Origin: Antedon mediterranea
Lineage: Eukaryota; Animalia; Echinodermata
Assembly (NCBI RefSeq): GCF_964355755.1
Contig: NC_092670.1
Location: 14,618,795 to 14,682,794 of the forward strand
Length of the DNA: 64,000 bases
Direction: 5' to 3'
This document shows positions 36,574 to 49,464 of the stretch, piece after piece. The notes under the pieces are model-generated. The model saw nothing but the letters and a program-made list of their open reading frames with translations, had not been told where the DNA came from and searched no databases. The stretch's first letter is position 1; the number at the start of each line of letters is the position of its first letter. The position numbers and the translations under genes are program-made.

Positions 36574-38382
36574 GTTGGAACTGTTGATCCTGTTAAAGAT
36601 ATCAACACCATTATTGCTCAGAATAAGGGCAAAGAATTTGAAAAAGGTAGATGTTTGTTGGTTCTCTAATTGTGGGGAATGTGCTGTGTGGCGCTCATTC
36701 AAATCAAATCTAACAACAGGACACTGAGCTCGCCAAGATAGAAACTCATAACAGTTCTTTGATCTTATGTCTGACTGTGCTACATTATTGTTCTTGTAAT
36801 CTTCAAATAAATTATTTTATTTTTATAGTTTGTGATGAGATGATCAAGCAAATAAATGAATTACTAAAGCAATCTTTTGGGAAAAATATCCATGGAAAAG
36901 TAATGGATTGCACCAAAGCTCTCCGGCAGGAATGTTGCATATTTGACCATTCCTACATCTTCAATGAATTCCTGAAGGATTTAAAAATTACACTTCCCAC
37001 ATTGTTGAAAGGAGACTTCTGGCAAGAAATTCAGAAAGGTACTGGAAAAATATTTGTCAACACAAATGGAAAAATTAATTGTTTAACATACTGATATACT
37101 GTACATTGGAACCCCTATTAAATGGACATAGGCCCAATCTCTTACTAGATTCTGAATAGAGATTGACCGTAGTGTTAAAATATACATTTTCCCTTGTTTG
37201 TTTTATGAGAAAGTATTCCCAGGAGTTCCTTACTGTATATTACATATATACACATCAATTGGCCACAGCACTCACAGAGAGGAGCTCCCAGTGTTATCTA
37301 CTTTTGGAATACTGAATCTACTGAGGTTTTTTCCTGTTCATGTGTTTATGGAACCGACAACTTAACATGGAGTGGAGTTGTGGCTTGGTGGTTATGATGC
37401 TTGATGCTGCCACTCCAAGGGTCCTGGGTTCAAGTCCCGTCACATGTCAGGATTTTTTCTAAGGACAAAAATTACAACTCCACTCCCAAAGACTTGTAAT
37501 AAGACTTTGTTTATGTAGAGCATCTTGTGTATATGTTTGTCTTGTGAACCTCTGAGTGACCCTAATGATCAGCAATTTGCTTGATGGATCACCCTCATTA
37601 AATATGGTTAAAAAAACCATTCCCTTTGAAGGACAAGACAATGAATTTAAAGCATCTAGCCCGACATGAGTCAAATTCCATCAATCTCTCATATCAACCT
37701 TAAATGTTTTTTAAAATAATTAAATGTGCAATTGTCTTATAATATTGAAACAACAGAATTTCAATATTTTGATAACATGTTTGTTCCCTTCTTTCTAGCT
37801 GGCGTCACACTAATAGCGAGCAGTGAATGCAGCACAAGTTCTGTAACAAAGGATGCTGCAATTCAGGTAATTTGCTAAATTAAAATATAGAATCATCTTG
37901 GCTTTGGACAATTACTTTCAAATCAGATTACTTTTAAACTTTTTCTGCGTTATTTTTTCAGTTTCTTCAAGAACAAAAGCAAGAAAATGATGATCAGACT
38001 GCTGTTGCTCCCGAGGAAGATGAAGATGACTTGGTGAATATTAAATTGTTTTTCTTATACTTGCAATATTTGTGCAGCTTCGTGTCAAATCTGGCAAACA
38101 CAAGAGTTGAAATATAATGACCCTGCCTGTGTAACTATAATCTCTTCAGAGCAAAATATTAGTTCATACTACCCCCAAACACTAGAGGGTGCTATAAAAA
38201 TGTTTGTAATATTTGTTTAACTACTGTGTGCACACACAGTAAACAAGAACAGGATACGCAGTAGCATTTGATCACTAAATATAAAGTACTGCTATATTCT
38301 TAACTGCAAAATGTTTAACTTTGCTTATGTTTGTTTCCATTTGTTCCTAAATGCTTTTTTTTTTCAGTTGGACATGATGTAA
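36574..38382 (+). CDS. XRCC5: Ku80 C-terminal region, last five exons (36574-36646, 36829-37038, 37799-37866, 37962-38033, 38368-38382)
   Basis: The spliced frame of 145 aa, VGTVDPVKD...FEKVCDEM...VMDCTKALRQEC...FNEFLKDLK...FWQEIQKAGVTLI...SSVTKDAAIQFL...EEDEDDLLDMM*, parallels the Ku80 CTD (VGSVNP...DGITLIT...DVDDLLDMI). All phases are consistent; AATAAA lies downstream. Confidence 0.93.
37370..37458 (+). mobile_element. tRNA-derived SINE head in a Ku80 intron
   Basis: A box TGGCTTGGTGG and B box GGTTCAAGTCC; no proper acceptor stem. Confidence 0.55.
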
Positions 38383-38650
38383 TAAATTTCCAAAAGATGT
38401 ATGGAAAAATGTATAAGATTAATTTTTGAATTTGTTAATTAACTAGAAATGTGTACAGTATTACTCTTTCAGTATTCTGTATTTAGTTTAGAGATTTGAT
38501 ATATTTTGTATATAAATTCCCTCTTATATTAAATAAACTGTGATGATTGTACAGTTGAATAAACTGATCAAACTGCTATGCACTAAACTGTGCTATATCC
38601 GCTACATTGTGACATACATTTTCATTTGTACAAAATACAGTTGCATACTG

Positions 38651-38972
38651 GTTTTTTTTTACCCAGGGCCTATCCAGATCAGGAGACAATACCCACTCGA
38701 ATAGTGTACCAAGTTCTTTTAACGTGCGCACGACCTACAGCTTTATGTCCCATCCGAATGAGATGGCAAATGAGAGTAAAGTATCCTGCTTAAGGATACA
38801 CTCATTATGGCACAGGCAGGTTCGATTCGATCCTTTATCATTATGCCATATAACTCTATGGAAGGTCTACATAACACTTTTATGCCTAGACGGTCTCCCA
38901 TCCAAATAATTTTCCCAGCCCAACGTTGCTTACACTTCACTGATCTGATGAGAACCAGTGTTTTCAATGCCA
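38651..38972 (-). mobile_element. 5S rRNA-derived SINE (SINE3-like) with a Deu/Meta-like domain
   Basis: Minus strand TTGAAAACACTGGTTCTCATCAGATCAGTGAAGTGTAAGCAACGTTGGGC...TTGGATGGGAGACCGTCTAGG is degenerate 5S. It is followed by TCGGATGGGACATAAAGCTGTAGGTC..GCACGTTAAAAGAAC and an A tail. Confidence 0.7.
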
Positions 38973-39985
38973 ATCTCCTCATATTTGAGTAAAATGGGAT
39001 GTCCACAGTTTAAGATGTAGAAAATGTAGTAAATTTATTCAACCTACATACAATTATTTTGTAATTGATAACACTACAAAGAAGCAGATGTTGTATCTTT
39101 TTTTATTGCATCATTTAAATATGTTAAAGTAATTACATATTTATTCCAATCGCATCAAATTTTAATTCTGACTAGGTATCAGGATTGTTTTCATACCGAA
39201 TTTCAACATACAGCGCACGACTGCTGGACTACGCAGCATCTAATCTAATAGACATTCTGTGAAAGCTCAGAAACATATTGAGCATGTGCAGACCATTTAT
39301 CAGCTATACCTAATATACTGTGCCGCATAATCAAACAAAAAGTTTGCGATCAATTTCAATACAAAAGTTTTGCTATTATATTTATTTTGTAAAGCATGTT
39401 TTGAGCTCATACATTGTGATTAAATGGTAAAATACATTTTTAAAAACTATAATTTTTAAAATACACGAACGGTTATTTCTTCAACTATACTAAACCAAAG
39501 TAACAGTGCACATACTCCCCGACCATATCATTACCAACGACCAGCATTTTATCAGTAAAAGCATTTATTTTAACTAAAGGCCGACAACACTGTTTTTAGT
39601 ACGGTATACTTTCCCACTTTAGATGTCATACCATCAGTTTATGAATACACGTATATAACCCTTTCCCCTAAATGTTTTACGCCTATCAACAAAATATCTG
39701 TCGTGATTACGGCATTTGATCGAAGAAAAAGTTGTCTAGTTTTATAAATGTTTGTACGATGTTTGGTTCCCACTACGCCTGTACAATTAAACCATCTCGG
39801 AATGCGCCTTCAAAACTTTCCATTTTAACCTGAAAAGAGAAAAGAATAGATATATGAAGACAACCTAGTTATACATGTACAGTACATTGTTTTAACAGGA
39901 TTAACATTTTGAAGAATTCGCATCACTTCAGTCCATATTATTGTTTTAAAGTGATGGGCTTAATTACACAACCCATTATGGACAG

Positions 39986-42900
39986 TAGTAGAGCAGTTAA
40001 TGCCATGAGGTGTGCATTTTATTACCAAAGCATGAAACTTGGCACAAAGTTTCTTTGATGTATATAGATTAAAAATATCGGGGGTGCCAAATGTGCAACG
40101 TCCGGTATGGCGGCCATCTTGATTTCAAAATGGCCACCATAAAAACCAAAAATGTTCATATCTTGGCAACTATACACATTAGAGACTTAATTCTGGTCTC
40201 AAATTGTTCACAAACTATATATTTCTATTTACTCTAATGAAAAGTTCTGTCCAAAAATGACCGGAAATGACGTTTCTTTCAGTTTAACCTTTGACACCGT
40301 ATTTGTATATCTCTATAAATACTCGTCATTTTTAATTGATTTTGGTGTCATTTTGTTTAGAATAAATATATTTATATTTGTAGGAATGAAACATTTTCAC
40401 CTGAAATGATCGGCAATACAATTTATGACCTTTGACATTTTTTATTGATTTTTAATTATGTGTATATACTGCATGTGGTTTATGTTGGTCTTAAATGCAC
40501 CTAATTTGTAACTTTGACCTGCTAGGCGTAATTATATAAAATGATTAATGGGCTTAAATTGTATATAGTGCATAAAATTGGTAAACATAGTGTTTGGTGG
40601 TACCATTAGTTCACTGATGGTGGCACCTTTTGATTGGCTAAAAGTTTTAATAGTTTAACAGAGGAAATAACATATATGTTATGGAATACCGTAAAACCTC
40701 GAAAGGGTGATAGTATAAGTTTCTTTTCGAGATAGACTGTATTTGAATGTCAAATGAATAGTATGATGATCGTGTTTTATTATTAATGACCTTACAATGA
40801 ACCCTTTATATTTCAACAATCAAGCCTCAGTTATTCTAAAATTTATTATTTTCCAAGTGCTAGGCCTACTTTTATTGCATCTTCTTTTTGTATGCTTCCT
40901 CGGTTAATATGGTCCTGCACCTCCTTCTTTGTCTGTAGATGGTCTTATACCCCCTTCTTTGTCTGTAGATGGCCTTACACCCGATTCTTTGTCTGTGGAT
41001 AGTGCTACACCTCTTTTTTTGTATGTGGACGGTCTTACACCCCCTTCTTTGTCTGTGGATGGTCTTAAACCTTTTTCTTCGTCTGTGGATGGTCTTACAC
41101 CCCCTTCTTTGTCTGTGGATGGTCTTATACCTCCTTCTTTGTCTGTGGATGGTCTTACACCTCTGCTTTGTCTGTGGATGGTCTTACACCCCTTTCTTTG
41201 TCTGTGTATGGTCTTACACTCCCTTCTTTGTCTGTAGATGGTCTTACACCCCTTCTTTGTCTGGGCATGGTCTTACACCCCATTCTTTGCCTGTGATGGT
41301 CTTATACCCCCTTCTTTGTCTGTGGATATGGTCTTATACCCCCTTCTTTGTCTGTGGATATGGTCTTATACCCCCTTCTTTGTCTGTGGATGGTCTTATA
41401 CCCACTTCTTTGTCTGTGGGTAGTCCTACATCCCATTCTTTGTCTGTAGATGGTCTTATACCCCCTTCTTTGTCTGTAGATGGTCTTATACCCCCTTCTT
41501 TGTCTGTGGATGGTCTTAGATAGAAATACGAATTTGTAAAGCGCCAATTCCAGCAACAAGAGATCAAAGGCGCTGTGAACTTTGTTTACATCTCTTCAAC
41601 AACATTCTTCTCCCTTAAGGGTTACATCGTGTCATCGGCAGCCAACTACGGCGCCATTACGTCTGTCCACGACAGTGTGTGTGTATGAACTAGTACACCG
41701 GGGTAACCCCCTACTCGTCTCGAAAGATGTACTAGGTTCTTTAAAGTGCACATGAGCCAGATGTACACTGGACCTACGGTTTATAGTCCTTATCCGAGAA
41801 GACTTGTTCTACCACAAGATCCATGGAGCGAGTGAGCCTCGAACCCTTGCCGATGTTATGGCTATGGATTAAAGTTCCACTCTCTTAACCGCTCGGCCAC
41901 ACTCAATACCCATTCTTTGTCTGTGGATGGTCTTACGCCCCTTTCTTTGTCTGTGGATGGTCTTATACCTCCTTCTTATGTCTATGGATGGTCTTACATC
42001 TCCTTTTTTGTCTTTGGATGGTCTTAGACCCCTTCTTTGTCTGTGGATGGTCTTACACCCCTTCTTTATCTGTGGATGGTCTTACATCCCTTCTTTGTCT
42101 GTGGATGGGGTGGACCCACTACTTTGATTGATTAAATCATTGTTTCTTGTATGATTAGGAGACCAAAACCTTCAAAGTGAAAATCCACAAGGTGGATGCC
42201 TAAAAATGTCTTGTACAGAACAGTTGTTGGTCCATGTCACTAATTTGAGGATTACTCGAATAATTACTTATTGAGATGTCTTTTACGAATTGATTTGGTT
42301 TGGATTTTGCTCTAAAATCAATGACTAGAGAAAATCAAGGAAAAGGATTCAGATGAAAGGTTTTTACAGCAAAGGCACATTACCATAATAATTGAGTAAA
42401 TTTTTTTAGATGCAACGAAAATGAACAAGAATTATCTGAGTTTCTGACTAATAAAAGTAGGTCTACTGCACAAATGCAGGATAAGTTTGTGGTAAGTACT
42501 TTGAAAGACGGTGTTCCCGAACTTGTCTCATATGCAACCAAAGAATGTTACTTTACATCAAAAATATTTCCAAATGGCATCTAACGATTGACACATCACA
42601 GTTTTGCAAACAAGTCGACATAGATGAGCTCAGTTATTGCTGTTTCTCAGTGATCTGTCATACTTTACGCCTATCCTATCACATCAAAAGTCAAAAATTC
42701 AGAATAATAATTCCTGGTTACTTTTGCATTAAGTGTCATTTATTTCGGTAAAAAAAAAGGTTCATTTATACCAATGTAAACCACATACAGTATGTTCACA
42801 TAATTATATATGTCAAAGGTCATAAATTGTATTTCCAGTCATTTTATGTAAATTATTCTAAACAAAATGACACCAAAATCGATTGAAAATGATCAGTAGT

Positions 42901-43242
42901 TATTGAGATATACAAATAAGAAGTCAAAGGTCAAACTGGAAGAAATGTCATTTCCGGTCATTTTTGGACGAAACGTTTCATTAGAGCAAATAAAAATATG
43001 TAGTTTGTGAACAATTTAACGCCAGAATCAAGTTTCTACTGTTTATAGTTGCCAAGATATGAACACTTTTTGGTTTTATTGTGGCTATTTTAAAATCAAG
43101 ATGGCCGCCATACCGGACGTTGAACACTTGGCACCCCCGATATTTTGAATCTATATACATCAAAGAAACTTTGTGCCAAGTTTTATGCTTTGGTAATAAA
43201 ATGCACAACTTGGCTATTTTTATGGCGTTAACTGCTCTACTA
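39986..43242. mobile_element. Academ-like non-autonomous DNA transposon with long TIRs and a 3-bp TSD
   Basis: CAG|TAGTAGAGCAGTTAA ... TTAACTGCTCTACTA|CAG; arms of about 500 bp are inverted. Confidence 0.8.
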
Positions 43243-43519
43243 CAGTGCGTATTGTGTGGTTACTTACCTGGTGATAACTACAAATACCCAGTGGTTCCCA
43301 AAAATAGGCATGACTAACTCGGAAAAATAGAATCATCGTTTTTGTCTATGAAAACTCACCATAATCGATTTCCTGATCAGTGCTTTCTTTGTTCCATTTT
43401 TGTTCTGCGCAACTGTTGTCATGGCTCTGGATGAGAAGTAAGTAGTAATCTCCCAGTCTTCGCAGTCGCCAAACAGCTGCTTTTGGATCTCTTTATTCTC
43501 CAAAGCCCTCAAGAACTGT
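40807..43519 (+). repeat. Segmental duplication copy 2 (minisatellite 40915-42110, SINE 41517-41904, partial exon 43268-43519)
   Basis: Near identity to 6707-9391. Confidence 0.95.
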
Positions 43520-44086
43520 TAGTCGGGTCAAAATATGAAAATATAGGGCCTAACCCCAAAAAAATTGCAAGAAAATGTTTTTTGATGAATTACAATAAAA
43601 AATGGTCTCAAAAAACATATATCAAAAGTTTACCAAAATTGGACTACCGCAAAGGTTCAAAATTTGGCGTTAAAAAAGATGGCCGCCAATTTTTGAAAAT
43701 CGGTAACCGCTTGTAGTAGACAGCTGTATTTGGTGTCAAATTGTTCAAAATATATATGTTTATATTTACACTTTTTGAATATTTTGTTGAAACATGACCG
43801 GAAACTCCATTTTGTGACCTTTGACATATATGGCATGATGTTTATATATCTACGTAACTGCAAATCACAGAGTCTTGATATTGGTGTCAAAATGTTCAGA
43901 ACATACATATTTATATTTACCCTTTTTAAACATTTTGTTGAAACATGACCGGAAATTCCATTTTGTGACCTTTGACCCATATATGGCATAAAAAAATGTT
44001 CATATCTACGTAACTAAAAATCATAGAACCTTGATATTGGTGTCAAAATGTTCAGAACATACATATTTATATTTACTGTTTTTGAA
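43520..44086. mobile_element. Second Academ-like terminal fragment with subterminal tandem repeats of about 130-150 bp
   Basis: Begins TAGTCGGGTCAAAA exactly where the duplication homology stops; repeated TTGGTGTCAAAATGTTC...ATGACCGGAAA..TGTGACCTTTGAC. Confidence 0.5.
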
Positions 44087-44448
44087 CATCTCAAGGTGTT
44101 GCGATATTGTAACGGATTGCGTAGATGATGAGTACATTTTGGTTGACCTTGGATCTATTGTAGGAGCACGCACGCGCAACATTATAAACCGCACAAATGA
44201 AGCTGAGCAAGAGTTGTGTAATTCACCCATTTATTTTATTTATTTATTTAACAACATATTTATACAAGATAATACACAATCAAGTAGAAATAAACTTGTT
44301 TTGCATTGTGGCCCTGTCCATGTGCCTACAGTACATTTCGCACTCATAAAATGCCTGTTTTTGCTGCGAACGAAGTAGAAAAACTATTCTTGACAGAACA
44401 TCAAAAGTTATAAGGAATTGAGATGAATTTGGAAAGTATCGGGCAATA

Positions 44449-44862
44449 CCGTAAAACCTCAAAAAAGGGCCAATGGCCTTTTTTTAAGGATTCTTGTGTG
44501 GGCTTTTTTTTCAAGATGGAATTCGAAATTACTTTTGAAAACTAAAAAGAGGGAGCTTTTTTTTTCGAAATTATTGCTGTACATTTTGTGAAAATGCTAT
44601 ACTATAACAAAATGATTTTTCCCACTGCAAATTTCACAAATTTTGTCAACAAAGTATAAGATGCGATAAAAAACACCATTTGGAAAACAATAAACATAAT
44701 ATATGATGATCATACATTTTAGTCTGCAGTTGGTATTAAGCGAAGCCCATCTATCTTGGAAAAGAACAGTAGACTTGATGTCCAGATGGGCTTCTTTTCG
44801 AGATTACTTTTGCAATCTCTTTTCAAGAGTGTTTCTTGATCCTTCCTTTTTAGGTTTTACGG
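44449..44862. mobile_element. Tc1/mariner-pogo-like MITE (TA TSD)
   Basis: TA|CCGTAAAACCTCAAAAAAGG ... CCTTTTTAGGTTTTACGG|TA. Confidence 0.7.
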
Positions 44863-45149
44863 TACCGTATTCCGATTTGGATTTGATTTATAGAAATAAA
44901 CACTGGGTTCCAAAAGGCCTCCCGATACTCGAGGTAATTGATAAATTGGGAATGCATGAGAAATAAAACAAGGCCAACAGCCATAAGTCGCGTGCTAAAA
45001 CGCATAGTGATACCGAACCGACAGACAGACAGACCGACCGACCGACCGAAATAGTGAACTATAGAGTCGCGTCCACGCGAATAAAAATTAAAGACGAAAC
45101 GGTAACATAAGTTTAGTTATATTGGAAATATTCTTTTTTCCAAACCAAT

Positions 45150-45545
45150 AATTAGTAAGTTAACCTTAACAGTTTCGCTGTCCTGATCGGACAGCTTCTT
45201 CAGAAATAATGACGATCTATCATCAAACAGACTGACCTCTAGAGGGCCTATTCTGTTTAATGACAGGGTCATATACGTGACTGAGTTGGTGAGTGCCCTC
45301 GTCTCTTTTGATGATTTGGTTTCCTCGTCGGCGGATCCAGATGGCTTCTCTGATGCGTCGGTTGTTTGTATCTGGTTCCCTATCGATGATTTTAGGTTGT
45401 GTCCAGTCTATTATGTGATTTAACTTGACGGCATGATCTGCTATAGCTGATTTGCTCAGTTCATTTTTTGATTCTCGATGTGATTGACGAGTGAAGTTCT
45501 TTCTCTGTTGGGTTATCTTTTCTGTTTCTTTTCTATGTTCTTTTA
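45150..45545 (-). mobile_element. Penelope-like element 3' fragment (GIY-YIG C-terminus)
   Basis: The minus frame reads KSAIADHAVKLNHIIDW..PKIIDRE....RRIREAIWIR....KRDEG..QLSHVYD. Confidence 0.8.
45162..45208 (-). ncRNA. Degenerate minimal hammerhead ribozyme (PLE-associated)
   Basis: CTGAAGA-A-GCTGTCC GATCA GGACAGC-GAAA-CTGTT-AAGGT; perfect 7-bp stem II, weak stem I. Confidence 0.6.
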
Positions 45546-45579
45546 ATCAACCTCACTCACCATATTCATAAAATAGTGA

Positions 45580-45985
45580 TCAAACTTCAACTTACAGGTA
45601 AGTCTCGTTTAATCTTTCTATTTTATTTCATATTTATTACGTTCGGTGCAAACTGAGATGTTTAAAGCCATCTCTGGTGAACATGATACATAAACAGTCA
45701 ATCGTGACATTAGTCAAATGCATCATGCTGTATTTTGTAATAATCTCTGAAGGTCTTTTCAGAATTCCAACCTGCGGCAGCCATAATTTCATTTATCGGG
45801 ACTGACATACGCCCTGCTGCTGAAGAAGCTGCTGCTCTAGTAGAGTGTGCCTTAAACAAAGCGTCAACGCCGGATTCATGTAAAAACTCTTTTAACCATC
45901 GTAAAACTGTATCTTTAGAAACGGGGTTGTATGGTTTTATGTAGCTTAACAAAAGTTGGTTATTAACACCTCTTTTGTTGTTGAT
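45580..45985 (-). mobile_element. Remnant of a second DIRS element (YR C-terminus plus ICR piece)
   Basis: ORF 45710-45952 has KAHSTRAAA..AAGW.SEKTF..YY. AAACTTCAACTTACAGGTAAGTCTCGTTTAAT is identical to the ICR at about 56559-56590. Confidence 0.85.
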
Positions 45986-46015
45986 TTAATGTTGTAGGAA
46001 CACACATATTTAAAG

Positions 46016-46034
46016 TGGTGACCCCGACGTGATT
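46016..46034 (+). promoter_or_regulatory. Primer binding site complementary to tRNA-Trp
   Basis: TGGTGACCCCGACGTGATT is the complement of the tRNA-Trp 3' end, the primer used by CsRn1-like elements. Confidence 0.8.
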
Positions 46035-46641
46035 CGTATGGACTAGTGGAGTATTCATCTGTAGGCTGTACTTGTATGTAACATTTCTATTATTAATTAT
46101 CGATACTCGGCCTATCTAAGCCTATCCTGTATACGAGGCAGCAAACAGCATTGATCGTACTATATATATAGTACTACGTACAACTATTTTTTTAAACATT
46201 TCTGTTACACAGTTTACTTTTAATTATAAGGTAGGCCTAAAACAATTATTAATTTTTTGAGGCGAAAATGGAAGATCCTCCTCCAGCCGAAGCAGCAGTT
46301 GCTGTGGATCAAGCGGGAGGTAATGCTGGGGTACCAGTCGCCACGCAACGCGCATTACCTTTAGCGGCATTTACCCTCAATTAAGCTACCACCATTTTGG
46401 GCTAACGATCCCCGCGATATGGTTTGCCCATGTGGAAGCGCAGTTTGCAACTTGCAATATTACCACGGAAGCTACGAAATTTGCCTATATCGTGGCGTCG
46501 TTACAGCCTTCGATCGTCCAGGAGGTACGTGATCTGCTCTTAGCTCCTCCTGCTGAGGGTCCATACAGCAAGTTAAAGGAAGAGTTAATTAAGCGGACCT
46601 CCGATTCGGAGAAGAAACGGTTGCACCAACTGCTCACTACG

Positions 46642-48236
46642 CAGGGGTGGCGCCAGGATCTTCCCGACGCGGGGGCTACATTCCCCGACGAGGGGGCTAT
46701 GCGAGCGAAGTGAGCATCACAAGGCTGGGGGACAGGGGGCCGCCAAGGGCCCCCGGTGGGGGTCCAGGGGGAGAAGCCCCGGGAGCAACGCGTTCTAGCG
46801 TCATTTGAGGTCATTTTAACCAGATTTAGTGTAGCCATTTTTTCCATTTTTTATAATGCATAAATAAAATACTGCGTGCAAAAAAACGATGCGCGATGAC
46901 TGTTTCAATCCATATTTTTTCAATTTAAAAAATAAAAGTTCAAAGAAAATTTAGAAAAATAGAGTTGGAGGTCCTGGAAATTGGACTTATTATACTTCAA
47001 AACATGAAACAAAATATATAAGTCCCTATCATGGTTGTGACTGAGCTAAGAAATGTTTGAAAAATAGAGATGTTAGGTCCCGGAAAATGCACTTCTTGTA
47101 CTTCGAAATATGACCAGCTTTATTGTTGGGGCTGAGCTAAGAAAATGTTTAAAACTAGAGCTGCAGGTCTTCAAAAAATTGCATTTTATACTTTGGAAAC
47201 ATCAGGCCCAGAGGCTTAAAAAAACGCAAGCGTAGACCTTTTTCAGTCGGGGAAATAAGTGTATTCCTCCCAAGTGTATGCCTGCGTACCATCTGGACTT
47301 CCGAGTGGTGAGAAATTCATGACATACAGCACATTGAAAATTTAATAACTTAGCTATAATAAGATGTTGGCTAAGCGAAAATGGCATGTTTTTTTGTTTA
47401 GTAATGGATGAAATATTTATTCTAGGTGCCCCACGGTACAGAAGGTTACTTGTAAATTAAAAAATTGGTGAACATACGAACAATTAACATAATTCGTTTT
47501 TGCTGTAGTAGTGTAGCGTACGTCGACACAGTACACGACGTAACCGTCGGTAAACTTCGCCTGGAAAATAACTACAGTACACATTTTGGTCCCTGGATGG
47601 AACATGATATCACGACCCAACGTTGAACGATTCGTACAAAGGGATACCGCCAGACAAGTGCGTACCTAGCTAATGTTTAGTAGTAAGTTAGATCGCTGGC
47701 AATAATGAATGCATATAAATTGCATAATAGCACTCTGACGTACTCTCACGGTCAATGAGACGTCGCGGTTTTCTAGGCGCTGAAGCTACCAAGTGAACGC
47801 GAACGTTTTTTACTGTATATTATATTCCCCGACAAAAAGTACCCGTGTTCCCTTCGGTAACCGTCGGTAAACTTCGCCTGGAAAATAACTACATTACACA
47901 TTTTGGTCCCTGGATGGAACATGATATCACGCGTCTCGACCCAACGGTGAACGATTCGTACAAAGGGATACCGCCAAACAAGTGCGTACTAGCTATTGTT
48001 TAGTAGTTAGATCTCTGGCAATAATGAATGCATAAAAGTTCCCTCTCTGACGTACTCTCACGGTCAATGGAACGTCGTGGTTTTCTAGGCGCTGAAGCTA
48101 TATGAAGTGAACGCGAACGTTTTTTACTGTATGTTTTATTCCCCGACAAAAAGTACCCGTGTTCCCCGACGGGGGGGCTAGGCTCCCCGACGAGGGGGCT
48201 AGAGCCCCCGTAGCCCCCCCGCTGGCGCCACCACTG
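46642..48236. mobile_element. hAT-like non-autonomous element with 8-bp TSD TCACTACG and an internal tandem duplication of about 316 bp (47540-48165)
   Basis: CAGGGGTGGCGCCAG ... CTGGCGCCACCACTG. Removal restores gag LLTTEELGDRKP. Confidence 0.9.
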
Positions 48237-49433
48237 TCACTACGGAGGAATTGGGTGACAGAAAACCAACACAACTATTGCGCAAAATGTATCAGTTGTT
48301 AGACAGTCGCACATTAGAGGATTCGATCTTGAAACAGTTGTTCATTCAGCGATTGCCCAATAACGTGCAACTGATTTTAGCCGCAACAGGCGGAAACGTT
48401 ACCGTCGCTCAGATAGCGGAATTAGCCGACAGAATTTGAGAGGTGTCTCCCAGCCAACCCAGAATAGCCGCAATCTCTAACCCGACAAGTGCTAACGCCG
48501 ACCGAAACGAAATTCAAACGCTACGAGCTGAAACTAACAAGTTGACCGCAATGGTATCATCCTTGGCAAACGATCAACATCGGGATATGAGCAGGAGCAG
48601 AAGCCGAAATCCGAACCGTTCTTCCAGTGCTAAACGAACACAAACCAATGAAAATGACTCCGAGCAGTGCTGGTATCACACCCGGTTTGGCAAGGCAGCA
48701 CGTAGGTGCAGGTCGCCATGCAGTTTCCCAACTTCGAAAAGCTCCAAATAACTGCGACGAATTCGTCCGGCACCGTTTCTGATAGTCGCTTACTTCACAT
48801 TTATGATAGAGATACTGGACTAAAGTTTTTAGTAGATACGGGAGCCGAGATTGGCGTCTTTCCTGCAACAAAACAAGACCGTCAACAGCGAAAAAGTGAT
48901 TTTGTTTTGCAAGCAGTTTTTTTTTTTTTATCTTATGTGGGTTCATCCCACTTTTATTTCCATACCACTGTTCTCTTTACATATATTTTTCACTATACAC
49001 TATACATATCATTATATTTACAATGTTTGTTTAATCATCTGTATACATATACTTATTTAAAGAGTTTTATTCATTTGTTTACATATTATCACATTGATTA
49101 CATAGCTTCCTCTTTTTAAACATATTATCTGTAACACATTTTCATTAACAAGCTTATTTTTTTCTTACATAGTTGTTTTTGATTTTTTCATCTACCACAT
49201 TTTCATTTAACAATGCATATTCTCTGTTATACTCATTACTTACTAGATGTTTACTGTTAACATAATATTGTTCTCATTCTTTAACCTTAATATTAATATT
49301 TTTGTTCTTTAATGTTTACAAAACTTTTATTTCCAGCAGATCCTTTTTTGCATCTATAACTTCTTAAATTTTCATTTAACTTTTTTACTTTCTTCTCTTA
49401 TGTGGATTCATTCCACTTTTTTATTTCTTATTT

Positions 49434-49464
<31 letters not shown>

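Larger units (their letters stand above)
46016..48915 (+). mobile_element. Gypsy LTR retrotransposon remnant, CsRn1-like (gag plus start of protease), interrupted by a hAT element and 3'-truncated
   Basis: KLPPFW...WF.HVEAQF, LGDRKP, a CWYH..FG.AA..C..PC knuckle, and FLVDTGAEI in a shifted frame. Confidence 0.85.

Noticed and set aside
37370-37445. tRNA gene
   Set aside because: A and B boxes are present but there is no convincing cloverleaf, so it was treated as a SINE head.
38880-38972. Functional 5S rRNA gene
   Set aside because: It lacks the 5' end, has many substitutions and indels, has no T-run terminator, and is fused to a SINE body.
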